From positions 11,216-75,215 of the forward strand of contig JASFQK010000036.1 of the NCBI GenBank assembly GCA_050115495.1: a stretch of DNA of 64,000 nt. Reading direction: 5' to 3'. This document shows, one piece after another, positions 1 through 9,252 of this stretch. How positions within the stretch are numbered: the stretch's first letter is position 1; each line of letters begins with the position of its first letter. This DNA is from Phycisphaerae bacterium (GTDB lineage: Bacteria; Planctomycetota; Phycisphaerae; UBA1845; Fen-1342). A model generated the notes under the pieces. It saw only the letters and a program-made list of their open reading frames with translations. It was not told where the DNA came from and ran no database searches. Both the position numbers and the translations under genes were made by a program.

Positions 1-1
1 C

Positions 2-526
2 GCCGACGGTAAGCTGCTGGGCATCGTCGAGCACCGCGACTGCACGCCGGCGCAGCTCGAGATTCGCGAGATCAATCCCGGCTATTACGCGTTCAAGCTG
101 CCGGAGTTCCTCGGGGCGCTCGACCAGCTTACGCCGAACAACGCCAAGAACGAGTATTACATCACGGATACGATCGCGCACCTGCTGGCGGCGGGGCACA
201 AGGCCATGGCGGTGACGTCGGTGGCGCCGGAGGACGTGTTCGGCATCAACTCGCGACAGCATCTGGCGCTGGTGAATCGCGTCATGCGCGACCGCATCCT
301 CGACCGCCTGATGAGCGACGGCGTGACCATCGTCGACCCGGCCAGCACGTGGATCGACGGGCGGGCGACGGTCGGCGCGGACACGGTGATTCACCCGCAC
401 GTCTGCGTCGAGGGGCCGGCGTGCATCGGTCCGGGTTGCGTGGTGGGGCCGTTTGCGGTGGTCCGCGGTCCGGTCACGCTGGCGGAGCGCAGCGTGGTTC
501 CCCCCTTCAGCGGAGGCAGGGCATGA
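2..526 (+). CDS. glmU: GlmU-like N-acetylglucosamine-1-phosphate uridyltransferase, 5' partial, short C-terminus
   Basis: Frame 2 open from window start: GIVEHRD..EINPGYY..NAKNEYYITD..GINSRQHL, then a few hexapeptide repeats; directly upstream of prs with ATGA overlap. Confidence 0.85.
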   Translation, partial: ADGKLLGIVEHRDCTPAQLEIREINPGYYAFKLPEFLGALDQLTPNNAKNEYYITDTIAHLLAAGHKAMAVTSVAPEDVFGINSRQHLALVNRVMRDRILDRLMSDGVTIVDPASTWIDGRATVGADTVIHPHVCVEGPACIGPGCVVGPFAVVRGPVTLAERSVVPPFSGGRA

Positions 527-1467
527 CCGACATCCGCGTTTTCTCCGGCCGGGGCAACCCGGCGCTGGCCGACCACATCGCCGAGTATCTCGGTTTGCCG
601 CTGGGGCGAGTGCTCTTGGACGAGTTTCCCGACGGCGAGATCTCGCTGAAGTTGTTCGAGGATGTGCGCGGCCGCGACGCTTTCGTGGTGCAGTCGACCT
701 GCCCGCCGGCGAACACCAACCTGATGGAGCTGCTGATCTTCATCGACTGCCTGAAGCGGGCGTCGGCGCAGCGCATCACGGCGGTGATTCCGTACTTCGG
801 CTATGCCCGGCAGGATCGCAAGGATGAGGGACGCGTACCGATCACGGCGAAGCTGGTCGCCGACCTGCTGACCAAGGCGGGGGCGGACCGCGTGCTGACG
901 CTGGAGCTGCACGCCGCCCAGATCCAGGGCTTCTTCGATATTCCGGTGGACAACCTGTCGGCACAGCCGGTGCTGTCGGCGCACTTCGAGTCGCTCAATC
1001 TGGAGCCGTTGACGCTGGTCAGCCCGGACGTGGGCAATGCCAAGCAGTCGCGCGTGTACGCCGACCGCATGAACGCCTCGCTGGCCATCATCGACAAGCG
1101 CCGCATCAGCGGGACGGAGACGTCGTCGATGGCCATCATCGGCGACGTGAAGGACCGCAACGTGCTGATGATCGACGACATCATCGCCACGGCCGGCACG
1201 GTCTTGCAGGCCTGCCGGCTGGTCCGCCAGCATGGGGCCAAGCGGATCATCGTGGCGGCCACGCACGGCGTGCTGTGCGGCCCGGCCGTCGACCGGCTGG
1301 CGGAGGCCCCGGTCGATCACGTGGTCGTGACCGATACGATTCCCGTGCCCGAGGCGGTGCGGGCCCGGCTGAAGAACATCGCCATTTTGACCGTCAGCGA
1401 ACTGCTCGGCGAGGCGATCCGCCGGATCCACCGCAATGAGTCCGTCAGTAGCCTGTTCATGAAATAG
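523..1467 (+). CDS. prs: Ribose-phosphate pyrophosphokinase
   Basis: FPDGEI, IPYFGYARQDRK, VSPDVG, IDDIIATAGT motifs; ATG at 523. Confidence 0.97.
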   Translation: MTDIRVFSGRGNPALADHIAEYLGLPLGRVLLDEFPDGEISLKLFEDVRGRDAFVVQSTCPPANTNLMELLIFIDCLKRASAQRITAVIPYFGYARQDRKDEGRVPITAKLVADLLTKAGADRVLTLELHAAQIQGFFDIPVDNLSAQPVLSAHFESLNLEPLTLVSPDVGNAKQSRVYADRMNASLAIIDKRRISGTETSSMAIIGDVKDRNVLMIDDIIATAGTVLQACRLVRQHGAKRIIVAATHGVLCGPAVDRLAEAPVDHVVVTDTIPVPEAVRARLKNIAILTVSELLGEAIRRIHRNESVSSLFMK

Positions 1468-1524
1468 ATGCCGTCGGCGCCGGCGACGACGCCGGCGGGC
1501 GGCCCGCGCAAAGGAGTCCGCAAC

Positions 1525-2178
1525 ATGGAGATCCCCGCGATTCGTAGCGAGAAGCGCGAGCACGGCGGCCACGGAGCCAACGATCGCTTGCGCCGGCGCG
1601 GCCTGGTGCCGGCCGTCATCTACGGGCATCAGCAGGCGCCCGTGATGATCGCCGTCTCCCGGCACGACCTGGAGCTGGCCCTCGAGCATTCGAAGCACGT
1701 GGTGCAGCTCGACGCCGAAGGGCAGGCCGCCCAGTACCTGGTCAAGGACGTGCAGTACGACCACCTGCACAAGGATGCCGTGCACGTCGACTTCATGCGG
1801 GCCGCTCGCGACGAGCGCGTCCACGTGAAGGTGGGCCTGGAGCTCAAGGGCGAGCCGCACGGCACGCACGAGGGCGGTGAATTGGTGCAGCTCATCACCG
1901 ACCTCGATCTTGAGTGCCCGCTCAACGAGATCCCCGAGATGCTCACCGAGAACGTCAAGCACCTCGGTCTGGCCGAGGCGCTGCACGTGAAGGACCTCAA
2001 GCTGCCGTCGCACCTCAAGCCGCTGCACGCCCCCGACGACATCATCGCGATCGTGCGGCCGAAGCGTGGGGTGAGCGTCACTGAGGAAGAGGGCGCGGTG
2101 CCCGCCGAAGAGGCCAGCAATGAGCCCGAGGTGATCGGCCGCGGACCGAAGGAGTCGGAGGACGAGGGTGGAGCGTAG
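1525..2178 (+). CDS. rplY: 50S ribosomal protein L25/Ctc
   Basis: LRRRGLVPAVIYG, HVDF, EPEVIGRG; AAGGAG RBS before ATG 1525; prs-rplY-pth synteny. Confidence 0.95.
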   Translation: MEIPAIRSEKREHGGHGANDRLRRRGLVPAVIYGHQQAPVMIAVSRHDLELALEHSKHVVQLDAEGQAAQYLVKDVQYDHLHKDAVHVDFMRAARDERVHVKVGLELKGEPHGTHEGGELVQLITDLDLECPLNEIPEMLTENVKHLGLAEALHVKDLKLPSHLKPLHAPDDIIAIVRPKRGVSVTEEEGAVPAEEASNEPEVIGRGPKESEDEGGA

Positions 2179-2180
2179 CG

Positions 2181-2792
2181 GTGAAGCTCATCGCCGGCCT
2201 CGGCAATCCCGGCCCGCGCTACGAGCACTCGCGCCACAACATGGGTTTCCGGTTGGTGGCCGAGCTCGCCCAGCGCTGGCAGGCGCCCGCGCCGCGCTTC
2301 GAGCGCCGCTTCGAGGGGCTGCTGGCCGAGGCACAGCATGCCGGCCAGCGGGTCCTGCTCCTGCAACCGCAGACGTACATGAACCTCAGCGGCCGCAGTG
2401 TGGCTGCGGTCTGGCGCTACTACCGCCTGTCGCTGGCCGATTTGCTGGTGATCAACGACGAGTTGGATCTGCCGGTGGGGCGGATTCGGCTGCGGGCGGG
2501 CGGCTCGTCGGGCGGGCACAAGGGCCTGGACGACGTGATTCGCTGCGTGGGCGACGAAGGATTCGCCCGGCTGCGGATCGGCATCGGCAAGGTGGATCGT
2601 TCGGCGACGGTCGAATACGTGCTGACCGGCTTTGCCCCCCAGGAGCGTGAGGTGATCGAGACCGCGATCGTGACGGCTGCCGACGCCGTGGAGGCCTGGC
2701 TCGCCCGGGGTATCGCCGCCGCGATGAACGACTTCAATCGCAAACCCGGCGGGGCGCCGACGGCCGACCCGCCCAAAGGAGACGAACCTTGA
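2181..2792 (+). CDS. pth: Peptidyl-tRNA hydrolase
   Basis: GLGNPG..Y..SRHNMGF, PQTYMNLSG, GGHKGL, RLRIGIG. Confidence 0.97.
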   Translation: MKLIAGLGNPGPRYEHSRHNMGFRLVAELAQRWQAPAPRFERRFEGLLAEAQHAGQRVLLLQPQTYMNLSGRSVAAVWRYYRLSLADLLVINDELDLPVGRIRLRAGGSSGGHKGLDDVIRCVGDEGFARLRIGIGKVDRSATVEYVLTGFAPQEREVIETAIVTAADAVEAWLARGIAAAMNDFNRKPGGAPTADPPKGDEP

Positions 2793-3325
2793 GACGCTAC
2801 GAAGCCATGTTCCTGTTTGACAGCTCGGTCGCCCGCGACTGGGAGGCGATCGAGCAGGAAGTGCACCGCCTGTGCAACCGCATCGGGGCGGAGCTGCTGG
2901 TCTGCGTGAAGTACGACGAGCGCAAGCTGGCCTACGAGATCAAGCGGCGCAAGCGGGGCACGTACGTGCTGACCTACCTCGAGGCTTCTCCCGAGCGCAT
3001 CGTCGACCTCGAGCGTGACGCCCGCCTGAGCGAGCTCATCCTGCGTCTGCTCGTCCTGCAGGCGGACGACGTTCCCGAGGAGCGCATCGCCGAACTGAAG
3101 ACGTGGCCGGCGGACACGCCGCTCCAGCCCGCGTCCAGCGAGCGGCGGCACGACGACCACGACCACCGTAGTCCGCGTGGTCCGCGCGACCGCGACCGCG
3201 ATCGTGAGCGTGATCGTGATCGCGGTGGTTCGCCCGATCGTGCCGGCGATAACAGCCCCAGCGATAACGCCTCCAGCGATGGCGCGTCCAGCAATGACGG
3301 GCCGAGCGACAACTCGGATTCCTGA
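2789..3325 (+). CDS. rpsF: 30S ribosomal protein S6 with long low-complexity C-terminal tail
   Basis: MRRYEAMFL..RKLAYEIK..GTYVL; TTG start with GGAG RBS; upstream of ssb. Confidence 0.9.
   Translation: MRRYEAMFLFDSSVARDWEAIEQEVHRLCNRIGAELLVCVKYDERKLAYEIKRRKRGTYVLTYLEASPERIVDLERDARLSELILRLLVLQADDVPEERIAELKTWPADTPLQPASSERRHDDHDHRSPRGPRDRDRDRERDRDRGGSPDRAGDNSPSDNASSDGASSNDGPSDNSDS
3246..3320 (+). repeat. Five degenerate 15-nt tandem units in the rpsF tail
   Basis: gcgataacagcccca / gcgataacgcctcca / gcgatggcgcgtcca / gcaatgacgggccga / gcgacaactcggatt. Confidence 0.7.
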
Positions 3326-3361
3326 GCCAGCGTCCCAACGCCAACCCGGCAGGAGTGAGAC

Positions 3362-3808
3362 ATGGCCAACTTCAACAAAGTCATCCTGATGGGCAACCTG
3401 ACGCGTGATCCCCAGCTCCGCTATCTGCCCAGCAACATGGCCGTCTGTGAGTTCGGCCTGGCCGTCAACCGCCGCTTCCGAGACCGGGAGGGCAACCAGA
3501 AGGAGGAGACCTGCTTCGTCGATATCTCCGCCTTCGGCCGCACGGCAGAGACCATTAACCAGTACATGACCAAGGGCCGCCCGATCCTCATCGAGGGGCG
3601 CCTGCGGTTTGACCAGTGGACCGGCCAGGACGGGCAGAAACGCTCGAAGCTCACCGTCGTTGCCGAGAACTTCCAGTTCGTCGGCAGCCGGGAGGGCGGC
3701 TCCGGCGGTGGCGGCGGCGGGTACGACCGCTCCGCCCAGGGCCCGGGCGATGCGGTGGATCGCGGCGGCCCGTCCGGCGAGCCGTCCCCCGACGATATTC
3801 CGTTCTGA
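3362..3808 (+). CDS. ssb: Single-stranded DNA-binding protein
   Basis: NKVILMGNLTRDP, Gly-rich linker, C-terminal DDIPF. Confidence 0.97.
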   Translation: MANFNKVILMGNLTRDPQLRYLPSNMAVCEFGLAVNRRFRDREGNQKEETCFVDISAFGRTAETINQYMTKGRPILIEGRLRFDQWTGQDGQKRSKLTVVAENFQFVGSREGGSGGGGGGYDRSAQGPGDAVDRGGPSGEPSPDDIPF

Positions 3809-3852
3809 CCTTCAGGAACCAATTGTGAACCCCTGCTGCTGAGAAACACACT

Positions 3853-4128
3853 ATGAACGGTTCGAAAAGCAGAGCACGAGGCAAGATGCGCGGTCGGCCC
3901 AAGCGCAAGCGGTCCAGCCGCTCGCAGGACGCCATGCGTTTCCGCGGCGCCGGCGTGAAGATGGAAGAGATCAACTACAAGAACGTCGCCCTGTTGCAGC
4001 GCCTGACCAGCGCCCAGGGCAAGCTGTTCTCACGGAAGCGCACCGGCCTGCCCGCCGAGATGCAGCGGCGCGCCGCGCTGGCGCTGAAGCGGGCGCGCTT
4101 CATCGCCCTGATGCCCTTTGTCACCTGA
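3853..4128 (+). CDS. rpsR: 30S ribosomal protein S18
   Basis: INYKNVALL..GKLFSRKRTG..QR..ALKRARFIALMPF; rpsF-ssb-rpsR-rplI order; no Zn-binding Cys. Confidence 0.92.
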   Translation: MNGSKSRARGKMRGRPKRKRSSRSQDAMRFRGAGVKMEEINYKNVALLQRLTSAQGKLFSRKRTGLPAEMQRRAALALKRARFIALMPFVT

Positions 4129-4179
4129 TCCGTCACGGGCCGCGCGCACGCCACGGCCGTTCCGAAAGGAGAACACAGC

Positions 4180-4710
4180 ATGCGTTTGCTGTTGCTGAAA
4201 GACGTCCCCAAGCTCGGTCACCTCGGCGACGTCGTCGAGGTCAAGCCCGGCTACGCCCGCAACCACCTGTTGCCGATGCGGCTGGCCACCGAGCCCACCG
4301 AAGAGAACATCCGGGCCATCGAGGAAGAGCGCAAGCGCGCCGCCGCCGAACGGGCCAAGCGTCTGAAGGTCTTCACGGACCTCATCGACAAGCTGGCCGA
4401 CGTGAGCGTCACCATCGAGGCCGCCGCCAACCCGGAAGGCACGCTGTACGGGTCGGTCGGACCGAAGGAAATCGCCGACGCCCTGCACGCCCAGGGCTTC
4501 GCCGTGCTGCCGGATCACGTTCTTCTTGATCCGCCGCTTCGCACGCTGGATAATCGGGTGGTCACCCTCCAGTTTGCCGACGACCTGACCGCCGAAGTGA
4601 AGGTCTGGGTCGTCCGGCAGGGAGCCGGCGAGCATGGCGAATCCGCAGAACACGAGCAGCCCGAGGACGACGGAGTCGACGACGACTACGACGACGACGC
4701 GGACGACTGA
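4180..4710 (+). CDS. rplI: 50S ribosomal protein L9 with acidic tail
   Basis: LGHLGDVVEVKPGYARNHLLP, GTLYGSV; AAGGAG RBS. Confidence 0.96.
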   Translation: MRLLLLKDVPKLGHLGDVVEVKPGYARNHLLPMRLATEPTEENIRAIEEERKRAAAERAKRLKVFTDLIDKLADVSVTIEAAANPEGTLYGSVGPKEIADALHAQGFAVLPDHVLLDPPLRTLDNRVVTLQFADDLTAEVKVWVVRQGAGEHGESAEHEQPEDDGVDDDYDDDADD

Positions 4711-6136
4711 ACCGTCGCCGCTCGGCCGCGTGCTGCCGCACGATGACGACGCCGAGCGGGCCGTCCTCGGCTCGATGATCCTCCAGAAGGAGGTCATCGC
4801 CGACGTGATCACGGTTCTGCGTGACGCCGGCGCGGCCGCCTTCGACAATCCGCGGCACCAGCATCTCTACGAGGTGCTGGTGCATTTCTATACGCAGAAC
4901 CTGCCGATCGACGGGGTGCCCCTGCGTGACGAGCTGACCCGCCGGGGCCTGTGGGAGCAGCTCGGCGGCTACGAGTTCCTCGCCGGCCTGGTTAACGCGG
5001 TCCCTTCGGCCCTGCGGGCCCGGAACTACGCTGACATCGTTCGCGACAAGCACCTGTTGCGGCAGCTTATCGGAGCTACGCACACGGTGATGGAGGCCGC
5101 CTACGACGGCCAGCTCTCCGCCCAGGATACGCTCGACCTGGCCGAGAAGAAGATCTTCGAAGTCACCGAGCGCCGCGTCTCCGGCGAGGCCACACCGCTG
5201 GCCGTGCTCGTCCAGGAGGCCTTCCACACCATCGAGAAGCGCGGGGACGACATCCTCACCGGCGAGCCGACCGGCTTCACGGTGCTCAACGAGTACACGT
5301 CGGGCCTGCAGCGCTCCGAGCTGGCCATCGTGGCCGGCCGCCCGTCGATGGGCAAAACCGCATTCGGCCTGAACATCGCCGAGCACATGGCCATCGTGGA
5401 GCACCGGCCGGTGCTGTTCTTCTCGCTGGAGATGAGCCGGCAGCAGGTGGCCCAGCGTGTGCTGTGCAGCCGGGCCCGGGTCGATTCGCACCGCATCCGC
5501 CGCGGGCGCGTTTCCGACGCCGAACTCGAACAGCTCAAGCACACGGCGGATCAGCTCAGCTCGGCCCCGCTGCTGGTGGACGATACGGGCGATCTGACCA
5601 TCCTGGAGCTGCGGGCTCGGGCCCGCATGGCCCACCGCCGGCATGGCATTCGGGCGATCTTCGTCGATTACCTCCAACTCATGCACCTGCCGAAGAGCGA
5701 GAGCCGGCAGCAGGAGGTAGCCAGCATCTCCCGCGGGCTGAAGGCGCTGGCCAAGGACCTGGAGGTGCCGGTCGTGGCCATGGCGCAGCTCAACCGTAAG
5801 CCGGAGGACACCGGCCGTCGCGGCAACCGGCCGCGCATGAGCGATTTGCGCGAATCCGGCGCGATCGAGCAGGACGCCGATGTGATCATGCTGCTTCATC
5901 GCGAGGCGTATTACCGGTCCGGCCCGGCCGATACCGATCCCGAGCAGGTCGGCAACGAGGCCGCCCCCGGCGGCGACGAGAACGTGGCCGAGCTCATCAT
6001 CGCCAAGCAGCGCAACGGGCCGGTGGGCACGATCAAGCTGCACTGGAACAGCCGCTACACGCGGTTCGATGACCACGATCCCCGCGGCATGGATCCCGAC
6101 TACGCGCCGCCCTACGAAGACCCCACGCCGTTCTAG
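4634..6136 (+). CDS. dnaB: Replicative DNA helicase DnaB (start uncertain, 4634 or 4730)
   Basis: AERAVLGSM, AGRPSMGKT, FFSLEM, VDYLQL, SDLRESGAIEQDAD, IAKQRNGP; no intein seen. Confidence 0.96.
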   Translation: MANPQNTSSPRTTESTTTTTTTRTTEPSPLGRVLPHDDDAERAVLGSMILQKEVIADVITVLRDAGAAAFDNPRHQHLYEVLVHFYTQNLPIDGVPLRDELTRRGLWEQLGGYEFLAGLVNAVPSALRARNYADIVRDKHLLRQLIGATHTVMEAAYDGQLSAQDTLDLAEKKIFEVTERRVSGEATPLAVLVQEAFHTIEKRGDDILTGEPTGFTVLNEYTSGLQRSELAIVAGRPSMGKTAFGLNIAEHMAIVEHRPVLFFSLEMSRQQVAQRVLCSRARVDSHRIRRGRVSDAELEQLKHTADQLSSAPLLVDDTGDLTILELRARARMAHRRHGIRAIFVDYLQLMHLPKSESRQQEVASISRGLKALAKDLEVPVVAMAQLNRKPEDTGRRGNRPRMSDLRESGAIEQDADVIMLLHREAYYRSGPADTDPEQVGNEAAPGGDENVAELIIAKQRNGPVGTIKLHWNSRYTRFDDHDPRGMDPDYAPPYEDPTPF

Positions 6137-6198
6137 GGGGCGCCGGCGGCTCGGTCGCTCCCGAGGTTATCAGTCCAGCCGCATCGCCGAAGCGATCT

Positions 6199-6228
6199 TT
6201 GACATCGCGCCGCGGGCGGCGGTACAAT
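6199..6228 (+). promoter_or_regulatory. Sigma70-type promoter for the 6276/6894 operon
   Basis: TTGACA-N18-TACAAT in the intergenic gap. Confidence 0.75.
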
Positions 6229-6275
6229 GACTCTGGTTCTCTTGGGGCCAGGGGATCAGGTGTGGGAGGAAGGCA

Positions 6276-6860
6276 GTGCCCTTGGTACGCAGTGCGATCC
6301 ACGTTCGCACCGGCGAAGCGGATACGGCCGAGGTGGTGGACGCTTGGTTGCGCCAGCACCAGATCGTCGGCGTGGACTTCGCCGACGCGTACGAGGCTTG
6401 CGTCCATCTGCTCGAGGAGAGCGAGCGCATTCCGGACGTGGCCTTCGTCGGCCTCGACTGGCTCGCGCCCGAGGAGCTCGGCATCGTTCGCTACATCGGC
6501 GAGACGTGGCCGGGCACGGTGCTGATTGTCTATCGACACAACGGGAACGCGCCGCCGTACGAGGGCGTCGTTCCGGTGCACTTCTGTCGTTCGACGGAGG
6601 CCCTGCAACAGCTCCTGACTGATCCCCCCGACCGCGTGCTGCGCCGTGCCCGCGAAGGATTCGGCCCCGGCCCGGGGCGACCGTCGCCGGTCCACGCACC
6701 GTCCGCGCCGTCCCCTGTAAAGTCCATGCCGCTGGAAGACGACCTGGGTCCGCTGGAGGGCGACCCGACCGCCGAGTACCTGGCTCCCGGCGCACCGCCG
6801 CCGCGCAGCTTCCTGACCAGCGAGGAACGCTCCGCCTTGCTCGACGACAAAGATCAATAA
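6276..6860 (+). CDS. Hypothetical protein with degenerate receiver-like fold, Pro-rich linker and C-terminal LTSEERSALL helix
   Basis: GGAGG RBS, GTG start; 'PDVAFVG' receiver-like strand; co-oriented with GGDEF gene. Confidence 0.6.
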   Translation: MPLVRSAIHVRTGEADTAEVVDAWLRQHQIVGVDFADAYEACVHLLEESERIPDVAFVGLDWLAPEELGIVRYIGETWPGTVLIVYRHNGNAPPYEGVVPVHFCRSTEALQQLLTDPPDRVLRRAREGFGPGPGRPSPVHAPSAPSPVKSMPLEDDLGPLEGDPTAEYLAPGAPPPRSFLTSEERSALLDDKDQ

Positions 6861-6893
6861 CGCGCGCCCGCAGATGGCCGGGGAAAGCAGCAG

Positions 6894-8177
6894 ATGCGCA
6901 GCGACGCTCGATTACTAGTGGTCGGTTCGGATTCCTATCGCCAGGCGGTCGGTACGGCGTTGCCGCGCTGCCGCCGAGTCGACACCAACAACGCGCTCGA
7001 CGGACTCTGGCAGGTCGGCCATGGCGAGTTCGACGCGGTGCTCATCTCCCTGTCCGTCAGTCGAAACACCCACAAGGCGATCCGCAGCCTTCGCCGCGTC
7101 TGCCCCCAGGCGCGCATCGTGGTGAGCTGTCCGGCGGCGGATGAGCCGGGAGCCCGCCGCGCGCTGCACGCCGGCGCTGACGAGTACATCATCGAGCCGG
7201 TCACGCGTGAGGATCTCGAGACCGCCCTGCGGATTCCCTCGGGGGGGCGGATTCAGCCGCATGCGCCGGTCATCGAGCCCTCGTGGGAGGAGAAGGCTCA
7301 GTTCGTCGACGTGCTGCGCAACCTCAGCCAGGGACCGCAGGCGACGCTCGCCCGGCTGGTCGAGCTGCTGCAGCGCACCTTCCAGGTTCAGTACGCGGCC
7401 ATTCGTATCGACGGCCTCGTGGCGACCGCCGGCGACACCGAGCCCACGGTTCTCGAAGAGCCCGTCCTGCGGCAGGGGGCCGCGGTAGGGGCCGTCAGCC
7501 TGGGGCAGCATCGCCATGGTCCCTTCCCGGCGTCGGCCGCCGTCCGGCTGGGCGATTACGCCCGGCTGGTCGAAGTGGTCGTCGCCGTGGCGGACGAGCG
7601 TGCCCATTGGCAGGATCTGGCGTGGACAGACGACCTGAGCCGCCTGCGCAACCGCCGCTACTTCGAACGCCGGCTCGACGAGCTGGTGGGGCAGTGCCGG
7701 CGGCAACGGGCGCACCTCACCGTTCTGCTCTTCGACATCGACGACTTCAAGCGCTACAACGACGAGTACGGCCACCAGACGGGCGATGCCGTCATTCGCG
7801 AAGTGGCCTGTCTGCTGACCCGCTGCTCGCGCGAGTCGGATCTCGTGGCCCGCCATGGCGGTGATGAATTCGCCGTCGTTCTGTGGGACGCCGAGGGGCC
7901 CCGCGTGCCCGGGTCGCGGCATCCGACGGAGCTCGTTGCCCTGGCCGAGCGCTATCGCCAGATGATCGGCACGCACACGTTCCGCTGCCTGGGTCCGCAC
8001 GCTCCCGGGCCGGTGACGATCAGCGGCGGGATGGCCTGTTTCCCGTGGGACGGGCGCTCGCGCACCGAGCTACTGCGTGCCGCCGACGAGGCGTTGCTCG
8101 CCGCCAAGCAGACGGGAAAGAACCGCATCGAGCTGGCCGGCGGACCGGCCGACACCGCCACCAGCAGAGCTGATTAG
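6894..8177 (+). CDS. Diguanylate cyclase (pseudo-receiver + GGDEF)
   Basis: DDLSRLRNRR, DIDDFKRYND.YGH..GD, RESD I-site five residues before GGDEF, AKQTGKNR. Confidence 0.9.
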   Translation: MRSDARLLVVGSDSYRQAVGTALPRCRRVDTNNALDGLWQVGHGEFDAVLISLSVSRNTHKAIRSLRRVCPQARIVVSCPAADEPGARRALHAGADEYIIEPVTREDLETALRIPSGGRIQPHAPVIEPSWEEKAQFVDVLRNLSQGPQATLARLVELLQRTFQVQYAAIRIDGLVATAGDTEPTVLEEPVLRQGAAVGAVSLGQHRHGPFPASAAVRLGDYARLVEVVVAVADERAHWQDLAWTDDLSRLRNRRYFERRLDELVGQCRRQRAHLTVLLFDIDDFKRYNDEYGHQTGDAVIREVACLLTRCSRESDLVARHGGDEFAVVLWDAEGPRVPGSRHPTELVALAERYRQMIGTHTFRCLGPHAPGPVTISGGMACFPWDGRSRTELLRAADEALLAAKQTGKNRIELAGGPADTATSRAD

Positions 8178-8196
8178 TCCCCCGCCCCATCCGTAC

Positions 8197-9252
8197 TCAG
8201 AGCACTTCCGCGACTTCGTTCCGTTGCCGGCGCCGCGCGCCGGCGAGGCGGATGGCCAGACGAATGGCCGCGGACATGCTCGACGGTTCCGCCCGGTTCT
8301 TCCCCGCGATGTCGAACGCCGTGCCGTGATCGGGGCTGGTGCGTATGCTCGGCAGACCGAGCGTCACCTGCACGGCTCGGTCGAACGCGTGCATCTTCAC
8401 CGGGATCAGCGCCTGGTCGTGGTACATCGCCACCAGCCCGTCGAACGTCCGGCGGACGCGCGGCGCGAACGCCGTGTCCGGCGGCAGGGGGCCGCTGACG
8501 CGGAGGCCGGCGTTGCGGGCCATGGCCAGGGCCGGCTCGATGATCCGCTGCTCCTCGTCGCCCAGCAGGCCACCCTCGCCGGCGTGCGGGTTCAGGCCGA
8601 GCACGCCGATGTGCGGACGCTCGATGTTGAACCACTCCCGCAGGGCGCGGTCGAGCAGGTCGATCGGCTGATGCACGAGCCCGATCGTGAAGCGGTTGCG
8701 CAACTCGAACAGCGGTACGTGGGCGCTGGCCAGGGCGACGCGCAGCTCGTCGGCGACGAAGGCCATGGTCAGTCGCCGGGTGGAGAAGCGCTCGGCCAGC
8801 AGCTCGGTATGGCCGAGGACGCGATAGCCGGCCAGTTGCCAGCTTTCCTTGCAGATCGGGGCGGTGACCAGGGCGTCGATCGTGCCTTCCTTCAGGTTGC
8901 GGATGCCCTCCTCGACGAAGCGCATAGAGGCTTCGCCGGCGAGGGCGTCGGGCTCGCGCCGCCCGTTGACGCGCAGGAAGCGGATGTCGTCGAAGTCGGC
9001 GAGCAGGACGCCGGTGGCGATCCGCGGGCCGAACTCGTACGGCTCGCGCCACCAGTAGGCGTTGATCTCGGCCTGGTCGGCCACGGCGCTGAACACGTCG
9101 TGCAGGCCGAAGATGACGAAGCGGGCCTGCCGGCGCAGCTCCTGGTCGGCCAGCGCCTTGACGATCACTTCCGGGCCGATGCCGAGCGGATCACCCATGC
9201 TGATGCCGATCAGCGGGCGATAGATCTCGTTGCCGGCGGCGTGGTGGTTCAC
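8197..9252 (-). CDS. pdxA: 4-hydroxythreonine-4-phosphate dehydrogenase PdxA
   Basis: MGDPLGIGPE, GHTE, NPHAGE, MYHDQ, RTSPDHGTAFDIAG; GTG start overlaps ribE stop (GTGA). Confidence 0.93.
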   Translation of the reverse strand: MNHHAAGNEIYRPLIGISMGDPLGIGPEVIVKALADQELRRQARFVIFGLHDVFSAVADQAEINAYWWREPYEFGPRIATGVLLADFDDIRFLRVNGRREPDALAGEASMRFVEEGIRNLKEGTIDALVTAPICKESWQLAGYRVLGHTELLAERFSTRRLTMAFVADELRVALASAHVPLFELRNRFTIGLVHQPIDLLDRALREWFNIERPHIGVLGLNPHAGEGGLLGDEEQRIIEPALAMARNAGLRVSGPLPPDTAFAPRVRRTFDGLVAMYHDQALIPVKMHAFDRAVQVTLGLPSIRTSPDHGTAFDIAGKNRAEPSSMSAAIRLAIRLAGARRRQRNEVAEVL

